DNA of 64,000 bases from a bacterium (GTDB lineage: Bacteria > Zhuqueibacterota > Zhuqueibacteria > Residuimicrobiales > Krinioviventaceae): contig OY843751.1 of the NCBI GenBank assembly GCA_963693055.1, positions 4,320,001 to 4,384,000 on the forward strand. Reading direction: 5' to 3'. Each line of letters begins with the position of its first letter. Position 1 is the stretch's first letter. The translations under genes and the position numbers were made by a program. The notes beneath the pieces are model-generated. The model searched no databases. It saw nothing but the letters and a program-made list of their open reading frames with translations, and was not told where the DNA came from. Positions 1 to 10,078 of the stretch are shown here, piece after piece.

Positions 1-1264
1 CTTGAATTAAATACTCTTTGCGAATAAAATCAGTCAAAATTACCATTCGCAAATCATTCCCCATCGAATCATGTTCAATATCTACGATCCGGTCGATACT
101 TTCCAGCTTACTTAAAGAACTGCTTAATAAACGATTTATACGTGGATTATCTTCAAACCGGATTGATTTCCGCTCCAGCAAGCCATTACGCTTTAGCTTA
201 TTTATTATTTTTCCTTTATGTTCTTCAAACTCAAAAAAATGATCTATATCCTGATAAAGATAAAATCCAAGTAATATTTCCATCCAATCAAAGTTTAAAT
301 CCGGAATTTTAAACTTTTTATCACCAATCACCTCTAAATGCGCTTCAGTTATCTCTTTCCCCGCCGCATTCAAAAATATCAATATAGCAGAATAACATTC
401 AAGGTTATCATAAATCCATTCCAGATTTTCTAATGGTAATTGAAAAACAGGGTATCTGCTTACTGCATCAATCAACATTGTATCATTTTTCAATTCTTCA
501 TAAACAAGTAACGTCCGATCTCGTTGCCCGGTAATCATTTCTTTTTCAACATCGGTAGGACTGGATAGATATATATAATCCTGATGAGGGCAAAGATCAT
601 TTTCTGCCACCAGCTCTGGAATAGAAATTTCCGCATCCACTGGTCCATTCAAATCAATATATCGCTGCCATTCTAAATATGAAACATCATAGGGTGGTGT
701 TGCAGTTAATCCTACAACGGTTGGTTTTAAAGCATTTTTTACAGCATTGAGAGATTTCCACCACTCATTTTTTAAATGATGCGCTTCATCAACTATAATC
801 GTTCCTACATTTTGTCCTTCTAATAGCCCTATAATCTCTAAAATGTTACTCTTGACAGAATGACTACGAGCGGCCTCACTTTCATCTTTTTCACAAATAT
901 CCGTCTTGGCATTAGATTGATGATAGGTACAAGCCGCATGTAATCCCTGATATGTTATAGCAGTAAAGAATTTGGGATTTCGGATATCCGTCGAAATCCA
1001 TTCAGGTATGTCGGGTGTTTGTAGAAATAATTCACAAAAGCGATGTACCCATTGATTCCGTATTGCAAGCGAAGGTGCAAGAATTAATGTTGGCTTATTT
1101 ATTAAAAGGGCAACTTCCAAACCCAATACAGTCTTACCTGAACCAGGCGGTGCAACTATATGTAAATGTTTATCATCAAGATGCCTTTCCAATTCATTCA
1201 AAACTCGTTGTTGATAATTTCTCCATGCAAACTTGAACCGGATATCACTCGGAAATTCGTTCAT
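1..1264 (-). CDS. SF2 DEAD/DEAH-box helicase (ResIII-like), 3' part runs off the window
   Basis: Missing from the ORF track because it has no stop in the window. Manual translation from ATG 1264 gives MNEFPSDIRFKFAWRNYQQ, Walker A APPGSGKT, Walker B IIVDEAHH, motif III LTAT, and MVILTDFIRKE in the same frame at the window edge. Confidence 0.88.
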   Translation of the reverse strand, partial: MNEFPSDIRFKFAWRNYQQRVLNELERHLDDKHLHIVAPPGSGKTVLGLEVALLINKPTLILAPSLAIRNQWVHRFCELFLQTPDIPEWISTDIRNPKFFTAITYQGLHAACTYHQSNAKTDICEKDESEAARSHSVKSNILEIIGLLEGQNVGTIIVDEAHHLKNEWWKSLNAVKNALKPTVVGLTATPPYDVSYLEWQRYIDLNGPVDAEISIPELVAENDLCPHQDYIYLSSPTDVEKEMITGQRDRTLLVYEELKNDTMLIDAVSRYPVFQLPLENLEWIYDNLECYSAILIFLNAAGKEITEAHLEVIGDKKFKIPDLNFDWMEILLGFYLYQDIDHFFEFEEHKGKIINKLKRNGLLERKSIRFEDNPRINRLLSSSLSKLESIDRIVDIEHDSMGNDLRMVILTDFIRKEYLIQ

Positions 1265-1459
1265 AATCAAATCACTTTAAAATAATTTTTCTGTATTTTA
1301 ATTTTGATAATTACAAAAAATGCATCATTCCCATAATACAACATATCAAAAATTCTATCTGCATTAATCTACGCGTGCCTGACTATGGGCGGATTCATTT
1401 GTGGTTAAATATTATCCCCTATCGCTTTGCTGATAAAACAACAAATCCCCGTTAATATA

Positions 1460-2998
1460 TTATTTTCTTGCGTCGCTCTCTTTTTCAGCTTTTAATCCCT
1501 GTTCGGTAAAATCTTCCTGTTCAGGAGTACCGTACGCGCGCAGAATGCGTCTTATCATCTCGGTTGTAGACATTCCCTCAACCCCTGGCAACAGCGCAAT
1601 AGCGCCGTTATAGCTTTCAACCAGTTTACGCTCTTCCTGGTTAATGGTATCCAGCGTATAATCTCCACCCTTGGCATAAACATCCGGTTTTAACGTTTCT
1701 ATCATCCCTACGGGAGAATAATCATCAAACACCACCACATAGTCCACAAATCCCAAAGAGGACAAAACCTTGGCGCGCTCGTTTTCTTCCATCACAGGAC
1801 GTAAAACACCCTTAATCTTTTGTACCGAAGCGTCACTGTTTAATCCCACAACCAGAATATCTCCCAATGCCTTGGCCTTTTCCAGATAAATCACATGGCC
1901 TGCATGCAGAATATCGTAACAGCCATTGGTCCAGACAACCTTTTTACCCTCAACCTTGGCCTTGTTTACAATTTTTTTCAATTGTTCAAGATTTACATGT
2001 TTTTTAGTCGTATCGTTCAGAGCTAGCCGTTTTGCTGCGGTTAAAACATCCGAACTTTTAAATACATGATACCCATTATGGGTCAAGGCAATAGATGCCA
2101 AAAGACTGGCAAATTCTGCTGTCTCTTGTGGCTCAATACCTGCCATCACTCCAGCCGTAACACCACACAAAACCGCCTCATCCGAGCCGTGGTTATCCTG
2201 TATTAATTGTGATTTACCGGGTACATGCAGAACATCCGGTTCACCGGTCACCACACTAATGCCTTCACTCCCCAGCGTCATATAGACCTGTTTACAATTC
2301 AAATGACTGTACAGCCGCTTGGCTAGCTGATCGGATTTATTTTCTTTGCCATTTAAAAGCGATAAAACCGATTTTACATGAGGCACAACAGCATCAAACT
2401 TTTTCAAATCCTCAAGCTGTTCCAATGAATTGCCAATAAAAGGGATCTTTTTACCTTTTGCCAGTTTTTGAACCGCAGTGGTTATTCCGCGGGTCATAAT
2501 ACTTTTATCATGATCTAAAAATACAACGCCATCACATTCATCAATATGAGCTTCTATGTGATCATAAAACATTTCATACTTTTCTTCTGAAAGAGAAACC
2601 GGATCGGTAGAATCAATTTTCAAAATGTCCCGGTCACTATACCTACACCCCTCTACACGTATTTGTGTGCGGCAGGTTGTGCGGTATTCATCATCCAACA
2701 CGGTACATTTGGTGCCAACACCCTGTTTTTTCAATATTCTCAAAAGGTCATTACCTGCGGTATCATTCCCCATAACGGTAAACAAGGTTACCTTGAATCC
2801 CAGGCGTACTAGCAATAAAGCCAAATATCCCGCGGCACCGGGTACCTGGCTGCGATGGTGTTTCTGCACAACAGGTATAGGACCATCGTCAGACAATCGC
2901 TCAACTTCACCATACAGGATCTCACTTAGAAAAACATCACCTATCAGGTAAATGTGTTTGCCTTTGACCTTGTCCAGAATGTTTTGTACCTGCTGCAT
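1460..2998 (-). CDS. hldE: HldE/RfaE-like bifunctional protein: degenerate PfkB-type kinase domain plus intact ADP-heptose adenylyltransferase domain
   Basis: The C-terminal domain has TNGCYDILHAGH, GLNSDASV, KGGDY and GMSTT. The N-terminal domain has RfaE-I layout (GDVFL...PIPVV) but eroded motifs. Confidence 0.8.
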   Translation of the reverse strand: MQQVQNILDKVKGKHIYLIGDVFLSEILYGEVERLSDDGPIPVVQKHHRSQVPGAAGYLALLLVRLGFKVTLFTVMGNDTAGNDLLRILKKQGVGTKCTVLDDEYRTTCRTQIRVEGCRYSDRDILKIDSTDPVSLSEEKYEMFYDHIEAHIDECDGVVFLDHDKSIMTRGITTAVQKLAKGKKIPFIGNSLEQLEDLKKFDAVVPHVKSVLSLLNGKENKSDQLAKRLYSHLNCKQVYMTLGSEGISVVTGEPDVLHVPGKSQLIQDNHGSDEAVLCGVTAGVMAGIEPQETAEFASLLASIALTHNGYHVFKSSDVLTAAKRLALNDTTKKHVNLEQLKKIVNKAKVEGKKVVWTNGCYDILHAGHVIYLEKAKALGDILVVGLNSDASVQKIKGVLRPVMEENERAKVLSSLGFVDYVVVFDDYSPVGMIETLKPDVYAKGGDYTLDTINQEERKLVESYNGAIALLPGVEGMSTTEMIRRILRAYGTPEQEDFTEQGLKAEKESDARK

Positions 2999-3159
2999 GA
3001 AACCTCCAAATAATACAAAAAAGCTTGTAAATTCTCACAACAGTAAAGTTAAAAAGAATTTACTATAACTGCAAATTCTTTATCCCCATTTCAACACACA
3101 GGTTGATTGCAACACCATAAATTAGTATATTATCAGAAATTAACAGGACTTTTTCCAGA

Positions 3160-4539
3160 ATGCAATCAACTGTAATCCAAAGAGTTACCGAATTTTTCAA
3201 TCTAAATGCGCCATTAAAGAGCGGTACAAAGCTCATTGCCGCCCTCTCAGGAGGTATGGACTCTGTGGTAATGCTGCATTGCCTGTTAATGCTTCAAAAA
3301 GACAAACCATTCACACTTTTAGCGGCCCACCTGAACCACCAATTGCGCGGAGACGAATCCGATAGAGATGAATCTTTTGTACAGGATTTATGCAAAGACT
3401 GGCAGGTTAAACTCTATACCTCCCGACAGGATGTAAACGCCTATTGTAAATCTCACAACTGTTCCATCGAAACCGGTGCCCGCGAATGCCGTTATTCATT
3501 TTTCGAGAATATACACACTGATCTGCAAGCTGACTATATTGCCACTGCCCATCATGCGGATGATAATGCCGAAACCGTGCTCGACCGCCTGCTGCGCGGT
3601 AGTGGAACAACCGGCCTTGCAGGGATCCCCCCAAAACGGGATTTTTACATTCGGCCCCTGTTGCAAATCAGCCGCAAAGAGATAGAATCTTATGCCGCTG
3701 AACATCATCTAACCTACAGGACCGATTCAACCAATGCAGATACCCGTTACAAGCGAAACAGGATACGCCATGTGCTGCTGCCCATGCTGCAGCAAGAGTT
3801 TAATCCACAAATTGCAGAGTCAATTAACCGGTTCAGCAGCATAATGCGTGAAACGGATGAACTGGTAAAAAAAGAATCACAAATTGCATTTTCTCAATGT
3901 GTTAGAGAGGCAAGTAAAGATAAAATTATCCTTGATATTTCAGACTTTTTGGCGTACCTTGTTATTTTGCAAAAAGGAATGATTCGGGTAGCACTCGACA
4001 AATTGGATGAGCCCAACGGCATTTCGGATTTTGATCAGTTTGAAAACCTTATCACCTTTATTCGCAAAAACAAGAGTGGAACAAAATTCAGAATATCCTC
4101 AACAACCGGGATATTGATCAGCAGTAACGAACTTGTTATCGGACATGAACCCGAACAACATGAATCCGTTACAATACACGCTGCCCCGGGAAAATATCCA
4201 TTCTGGAATGGACAAATTCTTGAAATAAAAGAAGCGATAAAACCGTTAGAATTTCAGAACAAAACAAACACACAAGAATGGATAGATGCAGACAAATTAT
4301 TGGAACCCTTGGTCATACGCACCGTAAAAGACGGTGACCGGTTTACACCTGTTAATTTTCAGGGTAGTAAAAAAGTATCAGACTTTTTTATAGACTTGAA
4401 AATTCCGGTATACCAGAGAAACCAGGTCCCGCTCCTTGAAAGTCGGAGTAAAATTGTTTGGATAGCAGGATATCGACTGGATGATCGTTTCAAAGTAACG
4501 AACAATACCAAAAGAATCTTAAAACTGGAAGTAAAGTGA
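3160..4539 (+). CDS. tilS: tRNA(Ile)-lysidine synthetase
   Basis: SGGMDS PP-loop, HLNHQLRG, TAHHADDNAET, RNRIRH; tilS-hpt-ftsH synteny. Confidence 0.96.
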   Translation: MQSTVIQRVTEFFNLNAPLKSGTKLIAALSGGMDSVVMLHCLLMLQKDKPFTLLAAHLNHQLRGDESDRDESFVQDLCKDWQVKLYTSRQDVNAYCKSHNCSIETGARECRYSFFENIHTDLQADYIATAHHADDNAETVLDRLLRGSGTTGLAGIPPKRDFYIRPLLQISRKEIESYAAEHHLTYRTDSTNADTRYKRNRIRHVLLPMLQQEFNPQIAESINRFSSIMRETDELVKKESQIAFSQCVREASKDKIILDISDFLAYLVILQKGMIRVALDKLDEPNGISDFDQFENLITFIRKNKSGTKFRISSTTGILISSNELVIGHEPEQHESVTIHAAPGKYPFWNGQILEIKEAIKPLEFQNKTNTQEWIDADKLLEPLVIRTVKDGDRFTPVNFQGSKKVSDFFIDLKIPVYQRNQVPLLESRSKIVWIAGYRLDDRFKVTNNTKRILKLEVK

Positions 4540-5087
4540 ACAAATCATCAGAATTCTACAAAGCCAGGTACGAAAACAAATTCAGAGAACTGCTAACTAA
4601 AGACGCTATCCAATCACGTATTGAAGAATTGGGTACACAGATCACACAGGATTATGCGGACAAGGACCCGATTCTCATCGGTGTATTAAACGGATGTTTT
4701 ATCTTTTTTTCAGACCTTGTACGCCAGGTTGAACTGGATCTTGAAATTGATTTTATCAAGCTGTCCAGCTATGGCGATGCAAAAATTTCTTCTGGCAAGG
4801 TTACTGTTTTAAAAGATATTAATGCTGATTTAAAAGACCGTCATGTATTAATTGTTGAAGATATTGTAGACACCGGGTTATCAATAAGGTACCTGAGAAA
4901 CAAACTGCTGCAGTTTAATCCTGCTTCTTTAAAATTTGTTTCTCTGCTGTACAAAGAAAATAATGCTGACCTGGACTTTGATATCGATTATGTGGGATTT
5001 AATATACCCAATGAATTTGTTGTAGGATATGGACTGGATTATAAACAGATTTTACGTAATTTACCCGCAGTGTATGTAATGGAATAA
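4536..5087 (+). CDS. hpt: hypoxanthine phosphoribosyltransferase
   Basis: LIVEDIVDTG PRPP loop and FVVGYGLDY. Confidence 0.96.
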   Translation: MNKSSEFYKARYENKFRELLTKDAIQSRIEELGTQITQDYADKDPILIGVLNGCFIFFSDLVRQVELDLEIDFIKLSSYGDAKISSGKVTVLKDINADLKDRHVLIVEDIVDTGLSIRYLRNKLLQFNPASLKFVSLLYKENNADLDFDIDYVGFNIPNEFVVGYGLDYKQILRNLPAVYVME

Positions 5088-5102
5088 AATAAGAATCGAC
5101 TT

Positions 5103-7157
5103 ATGGAAAACGAAAAAAACAACATATTCAACAAATCCAATAAACCATCCAAAGGTTCGGATAATAATCCAAACAAATCCGGCGGTCCTCAGGGCCAAAA
5201 ACCGGAAGGGCCGCAGTGGAAAAAAGCTTCACGCAATCTGCTGTTTTGGATCGGTTTATTTATTGTTGCAATCATTATCTCTCAACAGATTACAACACAA
5301 CGCCAGCAAGAGCAGATTATAAAATTTAACCGCTTTATGGAACTGCTGCATGATGGCAAAGTGGAAAGTATTCTGGTTGAAGATACTATTCTTTATGGAA
5401 AATTTAAGGGATCAGATCCGGACAACCCTGAAAGTACAGCTACAAATTTCAGAGTGAATCTGCCGCCAGCCAGACTGGATTTTGAAACCATTGAAAAATG
5501 GCGCAGCGACTATGATCTCAAAGAAATGGATTTTAAACAACATACCCCGGGCGTTTGGGGTTACCTGTTTACAGCTCTGCCATGGCTCCTGCTCATAGGA
5601 TTCTGGATTTTCTTGATCCGCCGTATGCAGGGTGGCGGTGGTTCCAAAGGTATCTTTAGTTTTGGTAAATCTCGAGCCCGCATGTTTACTGAAAATTTCC
5701 CCAAAGTTACATTTAACGATGTAGCTGGTGCGGATGAAGCCAAAGTGGAACTACAAGAGATCATTGAATTTTTAAAAGAACCTGAAAGATTCCAAAAATT
5801 GGGCGGCAAAATCCCCAAAGGCGCTTTATTATTAGGCCCTCCGGGCACCGGCAAAACCCTGCTGGCAAAAGCAGTTGCCGGTGAGGCCGGTGTGCCCTTT
5901 TTTAGCATGTCTGGTGCCGACTTTGTGGAAATGTTTGTCGGTGTAGGTGCATCCCGCGTACGTGATCTTTTTGAAAATGGCAAGAAAAATGCCCCATGCA
6001 TCATCTTTATTGACGAGTTGGATGCCGTGGGCCGTCATCGTGGCGCCGGTCTTGGTGGCGGTCATGATGAGCGCGAACAAACACTGAACCAACTTTTGGT
6101 TGAAATGGACGGATTTGAATCTACAGAAGGTGTAATTCTGGTTGCGGCTACAAACCGCCCCGATGTTCTCGATTCAGCGCTGCTGCGTCCCGGTCGTTTC
6201 GACAGACAGATCGTAGTAGACCGCCCCGATGTCCGCGGTCGCGAAGGTATTCTCAAAGTACATTCCCGCAAAATCCCCATTGCTAAAAATGTAGATATGA
6301 ACATCCTGGCCAAGGGTACACCCGGTTTTTCAGGTGCAGATCTGGCCAATATGGTGAATGAAGCTGCATTGTTGGCTGCTCGTAAAAACAAGACCAAAGT
6401 TGAAATGCAAGACTTTGAAGAAGCCAAAGACAAAGTAATGATGGGTACCGAACGAAAAAGCATGCTCATCAGTGAAAAGGAAAAAGAAAGCACAGCCTAT
6501 CACGAAGCCGGTCACGTACTGGTTGCGCGTCTGACCCCAGGCTCTGATCCTGTCCACAAGGTTACCATTATACCTCGAGGACGTGCTTTGGGTGCTACCA
6601 TGACGCTTCCCCTGGATGAAAAACACAATTACTCGCGTACCTATTGTTTGGCATTATTACGTCATCTGTTTGGTGGACGTGAAGCGGAAAAACTCATCTT
6701 TAACGAATTGACAACCGGTGCAGGCGATGATCTGAAACGCGCTACCGAATTGGCACGTAAAATGGTTTGTGAATGGGGTATGAGCGACAAATTGGGTCCC
6801 ATCACCTATGGTGAAAAACAGGAAGAGATCTTTTTGGGTCGCGAAATTGCACAGCACCGTGATTACAGTGAACAAACCGCACAACTGATCGATTCAGAGA
6901 TCAAAAAACTGGTTGATGATGCCATTACGGATGTTCAAAAGTTACTTAGTGATAATAAAGATAAACTGGAAGATATTACCCAGGCTCTGCTGATACGCGA
7001 ATGTCTGGATGGCGAAGAAATAGAAAAAATTATGAATGGCGAAGAATTGCCGCCTTTTGATAATGGCAAGAAAAAGAAAGCCACCAAAAAGAAAGAACCC
7101 AAAGGAAAAAAAGAGCCTAAAACTGATCCTGAAGCAGATCAGAATACTGAAGAATAA
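5103..7157 (+). CDS. ftsH: ATP-dependent zinc metalloprotease FtsH
   Basis: Two TM segments, [31 protein letters not shown] zinc motif. Confidence 0.98.
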   Translation: MENEKNNIFNKSNKPSKGSDNNPNKSGGPQGQKPEGPQWKKASRNLLFWIGLFIVAIIISQQITTQRQQEQIIKFNRFMELLHDGKVESILVEDTILYGKFKGSDPDNPESTATNFRVNLPPARLDFETIEKWRSDYDLKEMDFKQHTPGVWGYLFTALPWLLLIGFWIFLIRRMQGGGGSKGIFSFGKSRARMFTENFPKVTFNDVAGADEAKVELQEIIEFLKEPERFQKLGGKIPKGALLLGPPGTGKTLLAKAVAGEAGVPFFSMSGADFVEMFVGVGASRVRDLFENGKKNAPCIIFIDELDAVGRHRGAGLGGGHDEREQTLNQLLVEMDGFESTEGVILVAATNRPDVLDSALLRPGRFDRQIVVDRPDVRGREGILKVHSRKIPIAKNVDMNILAKGTPGFSGADLANMVNEAALLAARKNKTKVEMQDFEEAKDKVMMGTERKSMLISEKEKESTAYHEAGHVLVARLTPGSDPVHKVTIIPRGRALGATMTLPLDEKHNYSRTYCLALLRHLFGGREAEKLIFNELTTGAGDDLKRATELARKMVCEWGMSDKLGPITYGEKQEEIFLGREIAQHRDYSEQTAQLIDSEIKKLVDDAITDVQKLLSDNKDKLEDITQALLIRECLDGEEIEKIMNGEELPPFDNGKKKKATKKKEPKGKKEPKTDPEADQNTEE

Positions 7158-7177
7158 TAAAATATAACACATGTATT

Positions 7178-7211
7178 AAAGCCGGTAAAAAATTTTTTAT
7201 CGGCTTTTTTT
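7178..7211 (+). terminator. intrinsic terminator after ftsH
   Basis: aaagccggtaaaa...ttttatcggcttt stem followed by a T run. Confidence 0.7.
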
Positions 7212-7251
7212 ATATTGTTGAATTTTTAAGCAATTAGAATTATATTCTTTT

Positions 7252-8091
7252 ATGAGTAAAAGCAAAAAGTTTTGGGAAATCCGGAACAACACGCTGGACC
7301 TTGCACAAAACACACTGATAATGGGCATCATCAACACCACCCCGGATTCTTTTTCCGATGGTGGCAAATTCAACTCGGTTGATTCAGCAGTTGAACATGC
7401 CTACCGGCTACAGCAGCAAGGTGTAGATATTCTCGACATAGGCGGCGAATCCACTCGTCCCGGTGCTGATCCCGTTTCCGAACAACAAGAACTGGACAGG
7501 GTAATTCCTGTAATTGAGAGATTAAAAGATATTTCAATCCCCATTTCTGTTGACACCTGGAAATCGGGTATCGCTAAACACGCACTGGATGCCGGAGCTC
7601 ATATAGTAAACGACATCAGCGGCCTGCATTTTGACCCTGAAATGGCCAAGGTCGTAGCTGAATACCAAGCCGGACTGGTAGTAATGCATACCAAAGGTAC
7701 TCCGCGAAACATGCAAAGTAATCCAGTTTACAAGGAATTGATTGCAGAAATCAAAACCTATTTACAAAATTCGTTGCAGATTGCACTCAATGCGGGTATA
7801 TCTAAACAACAAATTGTTATTGATCCCGGAATTGGGTTTGGTAAAACGCTGGAAGATAATTTCAAGATCATTCGCGAACTAAAATCTTTTAAAGATCTTG
7901 ATTTGCCCATACTTTTGGGTCCATCGCGAAAATCTTTTATAGGTAACACATTAAACCTTCCACCAGATCAACGGTTAGAAGGTACAATTGCGGCTATAAC
8001 CGCGGGAATTTTGAATGGTGCAGATATTGTTCGTGTTCATGATGTACTTGAATGCAAACGTGCTGCAATAATTGCTGATAAAATTAAATGA
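7252..8091 (+). CDS. folP: dihydropteroate synthase
   Basis: MGIINTTPDSFSDGG, DIGGESTRPG, DPGIGFGK, SRKSF, VRVHDV. Confidence 0.97.
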   Translation: MSKSKKFWEIRNNTLDLAQNTLIMGIINTTPDSFSDGGKFNSVDSAVEHAYRLQQQGVDILDIGGESTRPGADPVSEQQELDRVIPVIERLKDISIPISVDTWKSGIAKHALDAGAHIVNDISGLHFDPEMAKVVAEYQAGLVVMHTKGTPRNMQSNPVYKELIAEIKTYLQNSLQIALNAGISKQQIVIDPGIGFGKTLEDNFKIIRELKSFKDLDLPILLGPSRKSFIGNTLNLPPDQRLEGTIAAITAGILNGADIVRVHDVLECKRAAIIADKIK

Positions 8092-8100
8092 TAGCATTAT

Positions 8101-8889
8101 ATGTTTGTCCTCTTTAAAATAGGATTTTTACCTGTAACCATAATGGACATATTGGACATTATGGTCATGTCCTTTATTATCCACAAGGTCTACAACTTTT
8201 TGCGTGGTACCCGTGGCGTGCAAATGCTGGTGGGCCTGGTTATACTGATCATCTTTTCTGGTCTGGCCCCTATGTTCCAGATGAAAGGGCTTACCTGGAT
8301 TTTTGAAAACCTGCGCACCATTTGGCTCATTGCGTTTGTAATCCTTTTTCAACCTGAATTGAGACGAATTCTTATCTATATTGGTCAAAACCGGGTTGTC
8401 CGTGCCCTGGTTAAAGTCTCTGACAGTAAAGTAGTGGACGAAGTTGTAAAAGCAACCGTAGCTCTGCACGATCGTGGCTATGGCGCACTTATTGTGTTGG
8501 GTCGTGAAACAGGTTTGCGAACCATTAATGAAACCGGTGTTATGATCCAGGCCGAAGTTTCAGAACAATTGATTTTATCTATTTTTAATCCCAGATCACC
8601 CTTGCACGACGGCGCTATTATCATCCAAAACGACATAATTGATGCCGCCAAGTGTATTCTCCCCATCTCTGAGGAAAACCAGGCAAAAACCGAGTACGGT
8701 ACACGTCACAAAGCCGCACTAACCATGTCAGAAGAATCAGATGCTATGGTCATTGTAGTTTCAGAAGAAACCGGAAAAATTTCTGTCGCAATTGATGGTA
8801 GATTCCAAACTGATCTCAATGCGGAATCACTTGAACATATTATTATCGAGGGTTACAGGTACGGTAACACCAATATTGAAAAGTCCTGA
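8101..8889 (+). CDS. cdaA: diadenylate cyclase CdaA (TIGR00159)
   Basis: Three N-terminal TM helices, FQPELRR, PLHDGA, GTRHKAA (RHR variant), VVSEETG. Confidence 0.93.
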   Translation: MFVLFKIGFLPVTIMDILDIMVMSFIIHKVYNFLRGTRGVQMLVGLVILIIFSGLAPMFQMKGLTWIFENLRTIWLIAFVILFQPELRRILIYIGQNRVVRALVKVSDSKVVDEVVKATVALHDRGYGALIVLGRETGLRTINETGVMIQAEVSEQLILSIFNPRSPLHDGAIIIQNDIIDAAKCILPISEENQAKTEYGTRHKAALTMSEESDAMVIVVSEETGKISVAIDGRFQTDLNAESLEHIIIEGYRYGNTNIEKS

Positions 8890-8894
8890 TCCTT

Positions 8895-10040
8895 ATGAAA
8901 TCATCATTTACTTTAAAAAGTTTCCTTTCAATTATTCTTACCGGCATTTCCCTTGCATTCCCTGCCGAAGAAGGTGTCTTTGCTGTTATCTCTCCTACTG
9001 CAACATTCGATAATAGACCCATGCTTTGGAAAAACCGATACAGCGACAGCACCAATACAGCGTTGCATGCCTTTAGAGGGAAAAAATACGACTATATCGG
9101 TTTGATAAAAAACAATGATACTACAGCAGTACTTGCAGGACAAAACACATCTGGGTTTGCCCTGGTATTCAATACACCGATGGACAGTAAAGATACTCTC
9201 TCAATAAACCCGGCGGTTCTGGTTAAATCTGCATTAGGAGAATGTGCAACAGTACAGGAATTTAAAGCATTGCTTAACACCCAAAACTGTTCATCCATAT
9301 TTGGCTGCTTTGACAATCGTGGCAATTGTTCTGTTTTGGAATCAACACCAAATTCTGTCATTGATTTCAATATCTCAAATCCAGAAACCGCACCAAACGG
9401 ATTTCTGGTGCGGCAGCAATTTTCTATGAGTGCCATAGCTCAACTCGAGTCAGATTCATGGTCATACCACCGCGCAAAATATATATTAAATCAACAGGCA
9501 GCACGTAAAAACATTGATTCTCAATACCTGCTTCAAGTTGTAGCGAGGGATGTAACAAGTAAAGATCTCGATCCTGCTCCCCTGCCCTTTAACGGACGCT
9601 ACAAAGACGCGCCAAAACAATTTGTAAAGACAGAAAACACTATAAACAGCTACCGCACAACCAATGCCTTTGTCTTTTATGGTTCCTCTCCTAATAAACC
9701 AGGACAAGCAGGATTTTATTACATTGCAGGGGATCCGTTATGTGGTGTTGCTGTTCCCCTCTGGCCGGATTGTGGCGAGGTCCCCAAATCATTACAGGGT
9801 AATGGCTATTTTTCTACCAGCAGTGCTATTGCAACAATACATAAAAGAATATATCACAAATCCAAATGGCCGCACTTTTTTGATTCAAAATTGCTGGCCA
9901 AAGGCAACAAATCAGTTTATAAAAGAAACCTCGAATTTGAGCAGAAAATGCTTAGTACTATATTTTCTGTATCAGATAACACTAATCTTTTAGAAACTCA
10001 GCAATACTGGGCACAACAGGCTTTTAAATTGCTGAAATAA
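8895..10040 (+). CDS. secreted peptidase C45/Ntn-hydrolase-like protein, nucleophile apparently absent
   Basis: Signal peptide, then AVISPTATFDNRPMLWKNR, which resembles the C45-type CTxAVISGxATxDGRPLLWKNRD; GQNTSGFAL resembles GxNxxGF. Confidence 0.65.
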   Translation: MKSSFTLKSFLSIILTGISLAFPAEEGVFAVISPTATFDNRPMLWKNRYSDSTNTALHAFRGKKYDYIGLIKNNDTTAVLAGQNTSGFALVFNTPMDSKDTLSINPAVLVKSALGECATVQEFKALLNTQNCSSIFGCFDNRGNCSVLESTPNSVIDFNISNPETAPNGFLVRQQFSMSAIAQLESDSWSYHRAKYILNQQAARKNIDSQYLLQVVARDVTSKDLDPAPLPFNGRYKDAPKQFVKTENTINSYRTTNAFVFYGSSPNKPGQAGFYYIAGDPLCGVAVPLWPDCGEVPKSLQGNGYFSTSSAIATIHKRIYHKSKWPHFFDSKLLAKGNKSVYKRNLEFEQKMLSTIFSVSDNTNLLETQQYWAQQAFKLLK

Positions 10041-10078
10041 TTACTATTTTAAAATCCTATTCAAGTTTTGGAGTTGTT

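Noticed and set aside
18-1236. Short plus-strand ORFs 18-242 and 1015-1236
   Set aside because: They are antisense to the helicase gene.
8690-8720. CdaA RHR motif reads RHK
   Set aside because: A conservative change with DGA intact; not enough to call the enzyme inactive.
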